Of a stretch of 42,017 bases of DNA, positions 25,587 through 35,724 are shown piece by piece. The translations under genes and the position numbers were made by a program. This DNA is from a bacterium (GTDB lineage: Bacteria; Bacillota; Clostridia; Christensenellales; CAG-917). The stretch is from NCBI GenBank assembly GCA_963620965.1, contig CAVFCJ010000002.1, forward strand, positions 1-42,017. Reading direction: 5' to 3'. The number at the start of each line of letters is the position of its first letter. Position 1 is the stretch's first letter. The notes beneath the pieces are model-generated. The model did no database searches and was not told the DNA's origin. It worked only from the letters and a program-made list of their open reading frames with translations.

Positions 25587-26870
25587 TTATTTGGTTATTT
25601 TTTCCATTCCGCCCATATACTTGCGAAGCACTTCGGGAATAGTTACGCTGCCGTCTGCGTTTTGGAATTGCTCGACGATTGCGGGGATAAGTCTCGACGT
25701 TGCAAGACCGCTTCCGTTAAGGGTATGCACGAAGCGCGGTTTGCCCGTTTCGCTGTCGCGGAAACGAGTATTGTTGCGGCGTGCCTGATAGTCGTTTGCG
25801 TTGGAAACGGAAGAACATTCCTTGTAAATGCCCATAGACGGAATCCAAAGTTCGACGTCGTAAGTTCTCGCCATGGAAGCAGAGCAATCCCCTGCCGCAA
25901 GTTTGCTGACTCTGAAATGCAAGCCGAGTTGCTCGACGAGTCTCGAAGCCTTTTCGACGAGTTCCTCAAAAGCCTCTTTGCTGTGGTCGGGGTGAGCGTA
26001 TTGCACCATTTCGATTTTGTTGAATTGGTGACCTCTTATCATACCTCTCTCTTCCGCTCTCGCACTGCCCGCCTCTTTTCTAAAACAAGGCGAGTATGCG
26101 AAGAACTTCATAGGCAACTTGCTTTCGTCGATGATTTCGCCCGCATACATATTTACAAGCGCGGTTTCTGCGGTGGGAAGCATAAAGCGGTTGCGCTTTC
26201 TGTCCTCGTCGCAGTCGAGCCAATACACCTCGTCGCTGAATTTGGGGAATTGACCTGCGCCGAAGCCGCAGTTGTAGCCGAGTTGATAAGGAGGAAGAAT
26301 AAACTCGTAACCGTCTTTGAGATGCTCATCGATGAAGTAGTTGAGCAAAGCCCATTCGAGCCTTGCGCCCACGCCTCTGTAAATCCAGAAACCGTTGCCC
26401 GAAAGTTTTACGCCTCTTTCATAGTCGATCAAGCCCAAATCCGTGCAGATGTCGACGTGGTTTTTGAGCGGAAAATCGAATTTGGGTTGTTCGCCGACGA
26501 TTTTAATGACCTTGTTGTTTTCCTTTTCTCCGGGAAGAAGATCGGGATCGGGGATGTTGGGCATGCAGGCAAGAGCGTCGTTGACCTTTGCAACGAGGTC
26601 GTTTATCTTTGCGTCGCCATCTGCGATTTCGTCGCCGAGTTTTCTCATTTCGTCAAATATCGCCTCGACGGGTTGACCCGCTTTTTTGAGAACGGGGATT
26701 TGCGCCGAAACCTTGTTTTTTTGTGCTTTGAGTTGTTCGATTCGGGTTATGGTCGCCTTTCTTTCGTCATCCCATTCGATGATTTGAGAAAAGTCCGCAG
26801 CGTAACCTTTCTTTGCAAGGGCGTCAACCACCTCTTGCGGATTGTTTCTGATTCTTGCCAGATCCAACAT
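25587..26870 (-). CDS. serS: Seryl-tRNA synthetase.
   Basis: 427 aa with an N-terminal coiled-coil arm and a class II core (e.g. FRKEAGSARAEERGMIRGHQFNKIE, TLNGSGLATSR). Confidence 0.95.
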   Translation of the reverse strand: MLDLARIRNNPQEVVDALAKKGYAADFSQIIEWDDERKATITRIEQLKAQKNKVSAQIPVLKKAGQPVEAIFDEMRKLGDEIADGDAKINDLVAKVNDALACMPNIPDPDLLPGEKENNKVIKIVGEQPKFDFPLKNHVDICTDLGLIDYERGVKLSGNGFWIYRGVGARLEWALLNYFIDEHLKDGYEFILPPYQLGYNCGFGAGQFPKFSDEVYWLDCDEDRKRNRFMLPTAETALVNMYAGEIIDESKLPMKFFAYSPCFRKEAGSARAEERGMIRGHQFNKIEMVQYAHPDHSKEAFEELVEKASRLVEQLGLHFRVSKLAAGDCSASMARTYDVELWIPSMGIYKECSSVSNANDYQARRNNTRFRDSETGKPRFVHTLNGSGLATSRLIPAIVEQFQNADGSVTIPEVLRKYMGGMEKITK

Positions 26871-26916
26871 AGTGTTTTTCCTCTAATGTCGATATTGTCT
26901 TTTTATGATTTTATTT

Positions 26917-26951
26917 GCAAAACGCGCGTTTACGTTTCAAATATGCGCGTT
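26917..26951 (-). terminator. Probable intrinsic terminator of leuS.
   Basis: Minus-strand stem AACGCGC / GCGCGUU (7 bp, large loop) followed by UUUG. Confidence 0.5.
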
Positions 26952-26961
26952 AAAGCCTTTG

Positions 26962-29382
26962 TTATGCGATTATGTTCACAAGCCTGTTCGGCACGACGAT
27001 AATCTTTTTGGGTGCGCCCGAAAGTTGGTCTTTGACGGCTTCGAGCGCCGCCTTTTCGATTTCATCCTTGCTTGCCGACGACGGAACGGTGACCTTTGCT
27101 CTCATCTTCGAGTTGATTTGAACGGCGAGTTCAACTTCATCCAGCACCATTGCGGCAGGGTCGAACGTCGGATAGGATTGATTGAAAACGCTGTACTTTT
27201 GTCCGAGCATTTCCCAAAGTTCCTCGCAGAAATGCGGAGCAAACGGAGCGAGCAAAAGCACGAGGTCTTTTGCGCAATCCTTGTAGATTACGTTCTTTTT
27301 TGCCACGTTCGCTTCATAGTTGTACATCGCGTTGACAAATTCCATAAGCCTTGCAACCGCCGTGTTGAACGAGAATACGCCGAGGTCGTTGGTGACGCAC
27401 TTTATCGTGTTGTGGCACACGCGGTTGAGTTCCTTTTCGGCTTTCGAAAGAGGCGCGTTGTCGAAGTTGACTTCGTAGCACTTTTTGACGATGCGCTCCA
27501 CTCTGTCGAAGAAACGGCTGATGGATTCGAGACCGTTGTCGTTCCACGGACCGCCCTCGACATAGTTGAAGCCGAACATAAGATACACTCTGAAAATGTC
27601 CGCGCCGTACTTTGCGATCGAGTCGTCGGGCGAGACGACGTTGCCCTTTGATTTGGACATCTTGTTGCCGTCGGGGCCCAATATGGTGCCTTGGTGAACG
27701 AGGGAAAGGAAGGGTTCGTCAAAATTGAGATAGCCCATATCTCTCAACGCTTTGGTGAAGAAACGCGCGTACAAAAGGTGCATGCAGGCGTGTTCCGCAC
27801 CGCCGATGTATTTGTCCACGGGAAGCATTTTGTTTATCCATTCGGTGTCGAAAGGCTTGTCCTCGTTCTTGGGGTCGGCGTATCTGAGATAATACCAACT
27901 CGAACAGACAAACGTGTCGAGAGTGTCCGCGTCGCGCTTTGCGGGACGTCCGCAAACGGGGCATACGGTGTTGATAAATTCGTCGCACTTTTTGAGAGGC
28001 GATTCGCCGTCGGGCGTAAAGTTTACGCCCAGCGGAAGACGCACGGGCAAATCTTTTTCGTGAACGGGAACGTCGCCGCAGTGGTCGCAGTGGATGATGG
28101 GGATAGGTGCGCCCCAGTAGCGTTGACGGCTTACGAGCCAGTCGCGCAAACGATAGTTGGTTTTAAGACCGCCCTTGCCTTCTTTTTCGAGTTTTTTGAG
28201 GATTGCGAGTTTGCCTTCTTCGCTTGTCATACCGTCGAATTCGCCGCTGTTGCAAAGCACGCCGTATTCGCAGAACGGAAGGTCGTCGTTTGAACCGTCC
28301 TTGCTCTTGATGACTCTCTTTATCGGAAGTCCGAGTTTTTGAGCAAACACGAAGTCGCGCTCGTCGTGAGCGGCAACGCCCATAACCGCGCCCGTGCCGT
28401 AACTTGCGATAACGTAGTCCGCAACCAAAATAGGCACGGCTTCGCCGTTGACGGGATTTATTGCATATGCGCCTGTCGGCACGCCCGTCTTCTCTCTTGT
28501 GGAGGACATACGGTCGATTTCGGTGGCTTTCGCACTCTTTTCCTTATATTCCTCGACCGCCGCCTTTTGTTCGTTTGTCACCACCAAATCCACAAGCGGA
28601 CTTTCGGGTGCAAGAACGACGTAGGTTACGCCGAATATCGTGTCGGCTCTTGTTGTAAACACCTTGAATTTTACATCACTGTCTTTAACTTGGAATTCGA
28701 CTTCGCCGCCGTAACTTCTTCCGATCCAGTTCTTTTGCATAAGTTTGGTCTTTTCGGGCCAGTCGAGTTTGTCAATGCAATCGAGCAATTCATCTGCATA
28801 TGCGGTGATTTTGAAGAACCATTGATTGAGATTCTTGTGCGTGACCTGACTTCCGCATCTTTCGCAAACGCCGCCTTGCGCCTGCTCGTTGGCAAGCACG
28901 GTGTTGCAGGACGGGCACCAGTTTACGGGCGCTTCCTTACGGTAGGCAAGTCCTTTTTTGTAGAGTTGAAGGAACATCCATTGCGTCCACTTGTAGTAGT
29001 CGGGCATACAAGTTTTAATCTCGTAATCCCAATCGTACATTGCGCCGATACGCTTGAGTTGTCCTTCCATCGTGGCGATGTTTTTAAGAGTGCTTTCCTC
29101 GGGGTGAATGCCCGTCTTTATGGCGTAGTTTTCGGCAGGCAATCCGAAAGCGTCGAATCCCATCGGCTGAAAAACTTCGTAGCCTTGCATACGCTTAAAA
29201 CGTGCGAAAGTGTCGGCAGGTCCGTAGTTGTACCAGTGCCCGGCGTGAAGTTTCGCTCCCGAGGGATAGGAAAACATCTCGAGACAATAATACTTTTTGT
29301 CAACTCTTGAGCGGTCGAACTTGTAAAGTCCGGTGTCCGCCCAAATCTTTTGCCACTTGCTTTCTATTTGCTTATAATCCAT
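26962..29382 (-). CDS. leuS: Leucyl-tRNA synthetase.
   Basis: 806 aa. HIGH-type motif (LHAGHWYNY), KMSKS motif (NKMSKSKGN) and a CP1 editing domain. Confidence 0.97.
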   Translation of the reverse strand: MDYKQIESKWQKIWADTGLYKFDRSRVDKKYYCLEMFSYPSGAKLHAGHWYNYGPADTFARFKRMQGYEVFQPMGFDAFGLPAENYAIKTGIHPEESTLKNIATMEGQLKRIGAMYDWDYEIKTCMPDYYKWTQWMFLQLYKKGLAYRKEAPVNWCPSCNTVLANEQAQGGVCERCGSQVTHKNLNQWFFKITAYADELLDCIDKLDWPEKTKLMQKNWIGRSYGGEVEFQVKDSDVKFKVFTTRADTIFGVTYVVLAPESPLVDLVVTNEQKAAVEEYKEKSAKATEIDRMSSTREKTGVPTGAYAINPVNGEAVPILVADYVIASYGTGAVMGVAAHDERDFVFAQKLGLPIKRVIKSKDGSNDDLPFCEYGVLCNSGEFDGMTSEEGKLAILKKLEKEGKGGLKTNYRLRDWLVSRQRYWGAPIPIIHCDHCGDVPVHEKDLPVRLPLGVNFTPDGESPLKKCDEFINTVCPVCGRPAKRDADTLDTFVCSSWYYLRYADPKNEDKPFDTEWINKMLPVDKYIGGAEHACMHLLYARFFTKALRDMGYLNFDEPFLSLVHQGTILGPDGNKMSKSKGNVVSPDDSIAKYGADIFRVYLMFGFNYVEGGPWNDNGLESISRFFDRVERIVKKCYEVNFDNAPLSKAEKELNRVCHNTIKCVTNDLGVFSFNTAVARLMEFVNAMYNYEANVAKKNVIYKDCAKDLVLLLAPFAPHFCEELWEMLGQKYSVFNQSYPTFDPAAMVLDEVELAVQINSKMRAKVTVPSSASKDEIEKAALEAVKDQLSGAPKKIIVVPNRLVNIIA

Positions 29383-29550
29383 AAGCGCGAGTTACCTCTA
29401 CAAAAAATAATAATATTTAGTTTAATACTATTACAAAACATTGTCAAGCGCGAGCGCAAACTCAAACCGCTCTTACACCGTATATGATGCTCGAAATCTC
29501 GGCGATATGCGCAATATTCGCATTTTTGAAAGTTTTGCGGTGTTTGCCTA

Positions 29551-29579
29551 TTGAATAGGGTTTGAAAAATTGTTATAAT
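29551..29579 (+). promoter_or_regulatory. Promoter of the GH5 lipoprotein gene.
   Basis: TTGAAT (29551-29556), 17-nt spacer, extended -10 TGTTATAAT (29571-29579). Confidence 0.6.
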
Positions 29580-29610
29580 CGATATGACACAATCATATAG
29601 AGGGAAAATT

Positions 29611-31038
29611 ATGAAAAAATGTATTATTTCGACATTGCTTATAGTCTCGATTATCACGGCGTTGTTCGCGCTCGTCGCTTGCAACGACAAAGGCGAGAGC
29701 GTAACGTTCGTAAAGACGGACGGCGCAAAGATTATTGACGAAAACGGCAAAGCAATCGGGCTTTACGGCACGAATCTCGGCGGCTGGCTCGTGCAAGAGA
29801 GTTGGCTCGTGCCTACGGACATCGGCAAAACATACGGTCAGATAGATATGATGCTCGAACTCGCAAACAGATTCGGAGAGGACGGCATGAACGAATTACT
29901 CGACGTTTACGAGGACAACTGGGTCACCGAACTCGACTTCAAGCGTATCAAAGACCTCGGCATGAACTGCGTGCGTATTCCCTTCACCTATATGAATCTC
30001 ACAAATCCGATAAAGAAAGTCGGCGACAACTACGAGCGCACGTCGTATGCCGAACTCGCCGTTGACGAAAGCAAATTCGCGCGACTTGATTGGGCAATCG
30101 AAATGTGCAAAAAGTATTCGCTTTACGCCATCCTCGATATGCACGGCGCGGTCGGCTCGCAAAGCGGCAACGACCATACGGGCGACATCGCGTACCCCGA
30201 CGGCGGCAGACTTTGGGGCGAGGACGAAACAGGCGAGATTTGCCGCGCAAAAACGAAAGAAATTTGGGTTGCGATTGCAAATCGCTACAAAAACAACCCG
30301 ACAGTTGCCGTGTACGACCTTATGAACGAACCCGGCATAAAAAAGAACGGCGACCAAACCACCACGTCAAGAACCCACGAGTATTTCGACGAACTCTACA
30401 AGGCGATTCGCGAGGTTGACAACAACCATATAATCTGCATGGAAGCATGCTGGAATTTCGGCAATCTTCCCAATCCGAGCAAATACGGATGGGAAAACGT
30501 GATTTATCAATATCACCACTACAACTGGGCGAGTTCGGGCACTGCCAACGCGGCATATTACGGCTTTCAAATCACGGCAAACAACCTCGCAACTCAAAAG
30601 TACAACGTGCCTGTGCTTATCGGCGAATTCAATGTATGGCCCGACTCGCACGAGGACAAAGTGAAAGCAACGGGAAAAGAATCTTCGCAAACGGAAGAGC
30701 AAGCGTGGAGCGGAGTTATGGAACTCTATTGCGGACTGGGCTGGAACTTCACCACTTGGAACTTCAAGCACGCCGCCGAGCATTCCTCGTGGGGACTTTT
30801 CAACTACGACGGCGCAGTCGAGGGAATGAACGAGCAGGCAAACTATAAGACGATGAGCAAGGAAGAAATTGCAAGAATTTGGGCAATGCACAATTCAAGC
30901 AACTACGTTGTAAACACATCGCTTGCAAATTGTATAACGCCCCACCTTTCCTCATTCAACACAAACGGCAACGACAATCGTTCGCTCAACGAAATCAAAG
31001 CGGAAAAGGACTACTATATTCTTCGCGGCGAAAATTGA
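29611..31038 (+). CDS. Glycoside hydrolase family 5 lipoprotein (exo-beta-1,3-glucanase-like).
   Basis: Start moved to ATG 29611 behind a GAGGGA SD. Lipobox LVAC in MKKCIISTLLIVSIITALFALVAC. GTNLGGWLVQESWLVP. Catalytic acid/base in DLMNEPG and nucleophile in LIGEFN. Confidence 0.85.
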   Translation: MKKCIISTLLIVSIITALFALVACNDKGESVTFVKTDGAKIIDENGKAIGLYGTNLGGWLVQESWLVPTDIGKTYGQIDMMLELANRFGEDGMNELLDVYEDNWVTELDFKRIKDLGMNCVRIPFTYMNLTNPIKKVGDNYERTSYAELAVDESKFARLDWAIEMCKKYSLYAILDMHGAVGSQSGNDHTGDIAYPDGGRLWGEDETGEICRAKTKEIWVAIANRYKNNPTVAVYDLMNEPGIKKNGDQTTTSRTHEYFDELYKAIREVDNNHIICMEACWNFGNLPNPSKYGWENVIYQYHHYNWASSGTANAAYYGFQITANNLATQKYNVPVLIGEFNVWPDSHEDKVKATGKESSQTEEQAWSGVMELYCGLGWNFTTWNFKHAAEHSSWGLFNYDGAVEGMNEQANYKTMSKEEIARIWAMHNSSNYVVNTSLANCITPHLSSFNTNGNDNRSLNEIKAEKDYYILRGEN

Positions 31039-31060
31039 TAAACGAGGATTGAGAGCAACG

Positions 31061-31090
31061 TTGGACATAACGAATCAATCGTGATATAAT
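31061..31090 (+). promoter_or_regulatory. Promoter of tmk-holB-ricT.
   Basis: TTGGAC (31061-31066), 18-nt spacer ending in TGA, TATAAT (31085-31090). Confidence 0.55.
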
Positions 31091-31119
31091 AATCCAATCA
31101 ACAAAAAACGAGGGACATT

Positions 31120-31731
31120 ATGTTCGTATCATTCGAAGGTTGCGAAGGCGTGGGCAAATCCACGCAACTCAAACTTCTCAAAGAATATCTCGAATCCACA
31201 AACCAGCACGCCGTGTATGTGCGTGAGCCGGGCAGCACCCATATAAGCGAGCAAATCCGCAAGGTCATTCTCAACCCCGAAAACGACGAGATGACGGGCA
31301 TCACCGAAGCGTATCTTTACGCCTCGTCGAGAGCGCAACTCGTGCGCGAAGTCATAAAGCCTGCGCTCGAAAGAGGCGAACTCGTTGTGTGCGACAGATA
31401 CGTGGACAGTTCCATTGCGTATCAGGGTTATGCTCGCGGTTTGGGCGCGGAACTCATAAAGAAAATCAACGCTTCGGCAATAGACGGACTCTTGCCCGAC
31501 GTAACGATTTTCCTCGACTTGAAGCCGAGCGAAGCGTGGCGCACTTTCCGCATAACCGACGACAGATTGGAACTCGAATCGGCGGAATTCCACGATAGAG
31601 TTTACGCAGGCTATAATGCAGAAATGGCGGGTTCAAACCCACGTTTTGTGCGTATAAAACCCGATTTCGACAAAAATGTAACGTCGCAAAAGATTATAGC
31701 GGCACTTAGAGAAAGAGGTGCAATCAAGTGA
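31120..31731 (+). CDS. tmk: Thymidylate kinase.
   Basis: 203 aa with P-loop FEGCEGVGKSTQ and DRY motif (CDRYVDSS). Confidence 0.93.
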   Translation: MFVSFEGCEGVGKSTQLKLLKEYLESTNQHAVYVREPGSTHISEQIRKVILNPENDEMTGITEAYLYASSRAQLVREVIKPALERGELVVCDRYVDSSIAYQGYARGLGAELIKKINASAIDGLLPDVTIFLDLKPSEAWRTFRITDDRLELESAEFHDRVYAGYNAEMAGSNPRFVRIKPDFDKNVTSQKIIAALRERGAIK

Positions 31732-32702
31732 GTGAAATCACCTTTGAAAAAGTCTTGCGCGCCTCGCGTGCGTACGGACTCATACACAACGATTTTTCTT
31801 CGGGACTCGGGCACGCGTATATGGTCGTATCCCCCGACGACGAAATCGTCGACGAATTTTTCACACTCGTAGCGGCAAGCGTTTATTGTCAAAACGGCAA
31901 CGCCTGCCTTCAATGCCCCGAGTGCAGAAAGGTGATTCACAACAACCACCCCGACATATATCACGTCTTCCCCACCAAAGACAAAATCAAGGTTGACGAC
32001 ATCGAGCAAATGCTCGACACCGTGTCCGTCAAACCGCTTTCGGATCGCAAAATCTACTTCATACACCGTGCGGATCAAATGAACGCGCAGGCGCAAAACA
32101 AACTTCTCAAAACACTCGAAGAACCGCCCAAAGACGTTACTATTTTTCTTGGCGTAGCAAACGAGGCGAGCGTCCTCGACACCATAAAATCGCGTGCGAG
32201 AGGGATTGCTATGGACGTGTTCGACGAGGATGTCGTGTACAATGCGCTTATCTCGCTCGGCATAGACGAAGGCACTTGCGCCATAGCGGCGGCGTGCAGC
32301 GAAGGTCAACTCGGCAAAGCGCGCAAGATTGCTCTTTCGCCAAAGTACGCAGACCTTTATAAGTGCGCGATTTACGTCCTCACCAACCTCGCGCGCAGTT
32401 CGGATGTCGTAAGAGTGGACGGAATCGTTACGAGCGAGTCGGATCTTAGCGGACTTTTGGACGTTTTGAGCATCATCCTTCGCGATATGCTCGTATGCAA
32501 ACAAAATCAAAATCTGATGTTGTCCAAACACTTATCATCGGACATAATAAATTTGAGCGGACGTTACTCGGAGCGCGCCCTTGCGGAAATCCTTTTCAAG
32601 ATAAACGTCGCAAGACGCAAACTCTCGCTCAACGTCAACGTCACGGCAACCGTAGACGACCTGCTCTTTTCAATGTTGGAGGCAAAACATAAATGGCAAT
32701 AA
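31728..32702 (+). CDS. holB: DNA polymerase III delta-prime subunit.
   Basis: 324 aa. GTG start overlaps the tmk stop (GTGA). Zinc module CLQCPECRKV and KTLEEPP box. Conserved tmk-holB-ricT order. Confidence 0.85.
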   Translation: MSEITFEKVLRASRAYGLIHNDFSSGLGHAYMVVSPDDEIVDEFFTLVAASVYCQNGNACLQCPECRKVIHNNHPDIYHVFPTKDKIKVDDIEQMLDTVSVKPLSDRKIYFIHRADQMNAQAQNKLLKTLEEPPKDVTIFLGVANEASVLDTIKSRARGIAMDVFDEDVVYNALISLGIDEGTCAIAAACSEGQLGKARKIALSPKYADLYKCAIYVLTNLARSSDVVRVDGIVTSESDLSGLLDVLSIILRDMLVCKQNQNLMLSKHLSSDIINLSGRYSERALAEILFKINVARRKLSLNVNVTATVDDLLFSMLEAKHKWQ

Positions 32703-33550
32703 TCGTAGGCATAAAATTCAAAAACACCAACAAGGTGTACTATTTCGACCCGAAGGGCTTGACCTTTGAGGAGAACGACGGCATTATCGTCGAAACATCA
32801 CGCGGGCCCGAATACGCAACCTGCGCCATCGCAAACAAGGAAGTGGACGAGCGCGAAATCGTGCAACCGCTCAAACCCGTCATCCGCAAAGCGACGGAAG
32901 AGGATTTGAACCGCCTTGAAAAAAACAACCAGGACAAGGAACACGCCCTCAAAGTCATTCGCGACAAAGTGGCGGAAATGAACTTGAATATGAAACTCGT
33001 GGATGCCGAATACACTTTCGACCGCTCAAAACTCATATTCTACTTCACCGCCGAGGGTAGAGTGGATTTCAGAGAACTCGTGCGCGTGCTTGCGTCTATA
33101 TTCAAAGTTCGCATCGAACTTCGTCAGATATACGAGCGCGACGACACCAAAATGCGCGGCGCACTTGCGCCCTGTGGCCGTCCCTGCTGCTGCACCACCC
33201 ACCTTCCCGACTTTGAAAAAGTGTCCATAAAGATGGCAAAAGTGCAAGGATTGAGCCTCAATCCGCAAAAGATAAGCGGCGTGTGCGGAAGATTGATGTG
33301 CTGTCTCAAATACGAAAACGCGTATTACACCGAAACGTACAAACTTATGCCCAAAGTGGGCAGCAAGGTCAAAACGCCGGACGGCGAAGGCACGGTTGAA
33401 TCAAACGATTTGATAAAGCAAACCGCCCGCGTAAAGGTTATGCTCAAAGACGGCAGTTTCGACATGCGCACCTATGCCCTCGAAGATATGAAAATCGGCG
33501 AGCGACAATCCACCGCCGAAATCGACTCGATGTCCGACAAAGAGGAATAA
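32693..33550 (+). CDS. ricT: PSP1-domain protein RicT/YaaT (stage 0 sporulation/RNA-processing adaptor).
   Basis: 285 aa with a PSP1 core and Cys cluster (CGRPCCC...CGRLMCCLKYE). Overlaps the holB 3' end by 10 nt. Confidence 0.85.
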   Translation: MAIIVGIKFKNTNKVYYFDPKGLTFEENDGIIVETSRGPEYATCAIANKEVDEREIVQPLKPVIRKATEEDLNRLEKNNQDKEHALKVIRDKVAEMNLNMKLVDAEYTFDRSKLIFYFTAEGRVDFRELVRVLASIFKVRIELRQIYERDDTKMRGALAPCGRPCCCTTHLPDFEKVSIKMAKVQGLSLNPQKISGVCGRLMCCLKYENAYYTETYKLMPKVGSKVKTPDGEGTVESNDLIKQTARVKVMLKDGSFDMRTYALEDMKIGERQSTAEIDSMSDKEE

Positions 33551-33572
33551 TTCAAAAAATCGCTAATCAAAA

Positions 33573-33616
33573 AGAGACATTTGACCGACAATCCGTCGCA
33601 CAAATGCCTCTTTTTT
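33573..33616 (+). terminator. Intrinsic terminator of the tmk-holB-ricT operon.
   Basis: Stem AGAGACATTTG / CAAATGCCTCT (one mismatch) followed by TTTTTT. Confidence 0.7.
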
Positions 33617-33661
33617 CATTCGCAAAAATTTTATATGATGCAAATATATTTTTTCATGCGG

Positions 33662-33792
33662 TTAAAAACTTCGATATTTAGATGCATAACAAGGAAGCGC
33701 CCCTTGACTGGCAACCCTAATTTACTATCCGTAAATGAGTTGACAGTCAAGGGGTGCTAACAAAGTTAGGCGCTATTTAGCGCGGTTTTTTA
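33662..33792. repeat. Nested-hairpin element, copy D.
   Basis: Right arm CTATTTAGCGCGGTTTTTTA; the left arm TTAAAAACTTCGATATTTAG is partly degenerate. Mid stem GCGCCCCTTGAC / GTCAAGGGGTGC (one G-T pair). Apex TGGCAACCCTA-ATTTAC-TATCC-GTAAAT-GAGTTGACA. Its last 3 nt are the stop codon of the 41-aa ORF. Confidence 0.7.
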
Positions 33793-33915
33793 CTTGCAAT
33801 CGGCCATCTCTTTTCCGCTGTTTTTAGCGCGAGATTTCGTTGTTTTGCTCGTTTTCGGTTCGTCGCAATGGCATGCGCCGCTGCGTTTGGATTGTTTGTT
33901 TTCGGATTTTGCCAT
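33790..33915 (-). CDS. Candidate small protein (41 aa), Lys/Ser-rich with a CHC...C arrangement. Not in the supplied ORF track because it is under 60 aa.
   Basis: Hand translation: MAKSENKQSKRSGACHCDEPKTSKTTKSRAKNSGKEMADCK. AGGAG lies 7 nt upstream of the ATG at 33915. A nested-hairpin element starts at the stop codon, as for four larger genes. Confidence 0.45.
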   Translation of the reverse strand: MAKSENKQSKRSGACHCDEPKTSKTTKSRAKNSGKEMADCK

Positions 33916-34005
33916 AAAATTTCTCCTTTTTAGGCTTTGAGCCTTAATTTTTGTTTATCCTTACGGACTAATGGTAGTATGGCAAAATTCATTGACTTGT
34001 ATACC

Positions 34006-34033
34006 TTGCAAGCGCAAAAAATTGTGGTATAAT
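34006..34033 (+). promoter_or_regulatory. Promoter directly abutting the ung start codon.
   Basis: TTGCAA (34006-34011), 16-nt spacer, extended -10 TGGTATAAT (34025-34033). In-frame ATGs follow at 34034 and 34040, with no Shine-Dalgarno. Confidence 0.5.
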
Positions 34034-34720
34034 ATGGATATGGTACACATAGGAAACAGTTGGGACGACGTTCTCAAAGGAGATTTTGAAAGCGAAAATT
34101 ATCGGAATTTGCGCAACTTTCTTGCGACGGAATACCGCACGCGCGTGATATATCCGGATATGCACGACATTTTCAATGCGCTCAAATACACACCGTACGA
34201 AAAGGTCAAGGTCGTGATTTTGGGGCAAGACCCATATCACGGCGCGGGACAGGCGCACGGTATGTGCTTCTCGGTGAAGCCGAACGTGCCCGCACCGCCC
34301 TCGCTTGTCAATATATTCAAGGAAATCGAAACGGACGTCGGCGTAAAGAACACGTCGCCGTATCTCGTGAACTGGGCAAAGCAAGGCGTGCTTTTGCTCA
34401 ACACCGTGCTTACGGTGTGCGAGGGTCAACCCAACTCGCACAGAGGACAAGGCTGGGAAGTGCTGACGGACAGCATAATCAAGAAACTCAACGCAAGAAA
34501 AGAGCCTATCGTATTTATGCTTTGGGGCGGAAACGCACGCTCGAAAAAGGCGTTGATAACCAATCCGCAACATCTGATTCTCGAATGTCCGCACCCCTCG
34601 CCGCTGTCGGCATACGCAGGCTTTTTCGGGTGCAGACACTTCTCAAAATGCAACGATTTTCTCAAAAAACACGGCGAAACGCCGATAGACTGGCATACCG
34701 ACCAAGAGGTGCAGATATGA
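34034..34720 (+). CDS. ung: Uracil-DNA glycosylase (family 1).
   Basis: GQDPYHG water-activating loop and the HPSPLS motif. The N-terminus aligns with Ung only from MDMVHIGNSWDDVL, so the start is 34034 or 34040, not the track's 33971. Confidence 0.88.
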   Translation: MDMVHIGNSWDDVLKGDFESENYRNLRNFLATEYRTRVIYPDMHDIFNALKYTPYEKVKVVILGQDPYHGAGQAHGMCFSVKPNVPAPPSLVNIFKEIETDVGVKNTSPYLVNWAKQGVLLLNTVLTVCEGQPNSHRGQGWEVLTDSIIKKLNARKEPIVFMLWGGNARSKKALITNPQHLILECPHPSPLSAYAGFFGCRHFSKCNDFLKKHGETPIDWHTDQEVQI

Positions 34721-34947
34721 TTGACATTCAAAGAATAAACGAACTTGCAAAGAAATCAAAAACCGTCGGGCTTACCGACGAAGAAAAAGAGGAACAGGCA
34801 AAACTTCGCAAAGAATACGTTCAAAGCGTAGTTGGCAATCTTCGCGCACAACTCGACAACACGTACGTGCTCGACAAGGACGAAAACAAAGTGAAACTCA
34901 CCGCCTACAACAGCGCAAACGCCAACGAGCAAGAAAAAAAGGACTGA
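34717..34947 (+). CDS. DUF896/UPF0291-family small protein (YnzC-like).
   Basis: 76 aa. The ATG overlaps the ung stop (ATGA). MIDIQRINELAKKSKTVGLTDEEKEEQAKLRKEYV is typical of this family. Confidence 0.7.
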   Translation: MIDIQRINELAKKSKTVGLTDEEKEEQAKLRKEYVQSVVGNLRAQLDNTYVLDKDENKVKLTAYNSANANEQEKKD

Positions 34948-35043
34948 AAGAAAATCGCTTTTTGCCTTGAAAAACGCGCGCGCATATCTTATAATATACG
35001 GGTTGCGAACAACAAATACAATTTGCCTCTTAGGGGGGATACA

Positions 35044-35586
35044 ATGGACAGAATCTATACAGTTGACATCAAGGGCTTCAAAGCCGACCTTCCCGTGCTT
35101 CCGCTTCCCAACGGAATAAGCATTTGCTTCTTCAATCTTCACGGCGACGCGGCAATGACGGAGCATTGCGGAAAAGAACTTGCAAAACTTCTCACGGGTT
35201 GCGACATAGTCATCACTGCGGAATCCAAAGGCTTGCAACTCAGCCATGTCATCGCGCGCGAACTCGGGCAAAGATATTACGCCGTTTGCAGAAAATCCAA
35301 AAAACTCTATATGCAAGACGGCATACAAACGAGCGTGAAATCCATCACGACGGGCAACGAGCAAACGCTCTATTTGTCAAAACACGACGCGGAGCTCATC
35401 AAAGGCAAAAAGGTCGCGATCGTTGACGACGTCGTATCCACCGGCGGAAGCCTCAAAGGGCTCGAACAAATCGTCAATCTTGCAGGCGGAATCATCTACA
35501 AAAAAGCGTTTGTGCTTGCAGAAGGCGATGCGGCAGAGCGCGACGACATCGTGTATCTTGCAAAAATCCCCATCATCACAGACTAA
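35044..35586 (+). CDS. Phosphoribosyltransferase-family protein (adenine/xanthine PRT-like).
   Basis: PRPP-binding motif VAIVDDVVSTGGS. Start chosen at ATG 35044 behind a GGGGGA SD. Confidence 0.75.
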   Translation: MDRIYTVDIKGFKADLPVLPLPNGISICFFNLHGDAAMTEHCGKELAKLLTGCDIVITAESKGLQLSHVIARELGQRYYAVCRKSKKLYMQDGIQTSVKSITTGNEQTLYLSKHDAELIKGKKVAIVDDVVSTGGSLKGLEQIVNLAGGIIYKKAFVLAEGDAAERDDIVYLAKIPIITD

Positions 35587-35610
35587 GCAAAATCAATACG
35601 CAATTCACCG

Positions 35611-35640
35611 AATCGGCATTTTTTAATGCCGATTTGTGTT
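35611..35640 (+). terminator. Weak intrinsic terminator after the PRT gene.
   Basis: AATCGGCAT-TTTTTA-ATGCCGATT followed by TGTGTT. Confidence 0.45.
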
Positions 35641-35724
35641 GATAAAGGCTTTTATTTGCATATTTTCGCAAAATGCCGCACATCAACTCATCCATGCTTT
35701 GAGCGATATAGAAAAGGAAACGTT

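Noticed and set aside
26871-29583. T-box leaders expected upstream of the serS and leuS aminoacyl-tRNA synthetase genes.
   Set aside because: The serS upstream gap is only ~90 nt. The leuS upstream gap (~200 nt, shared with the divergent GH5 promoter) contains no T-box sequence (no ...GGTGGTACCGCG-like motif on the minus strand) and no specifier/terminator architecture.
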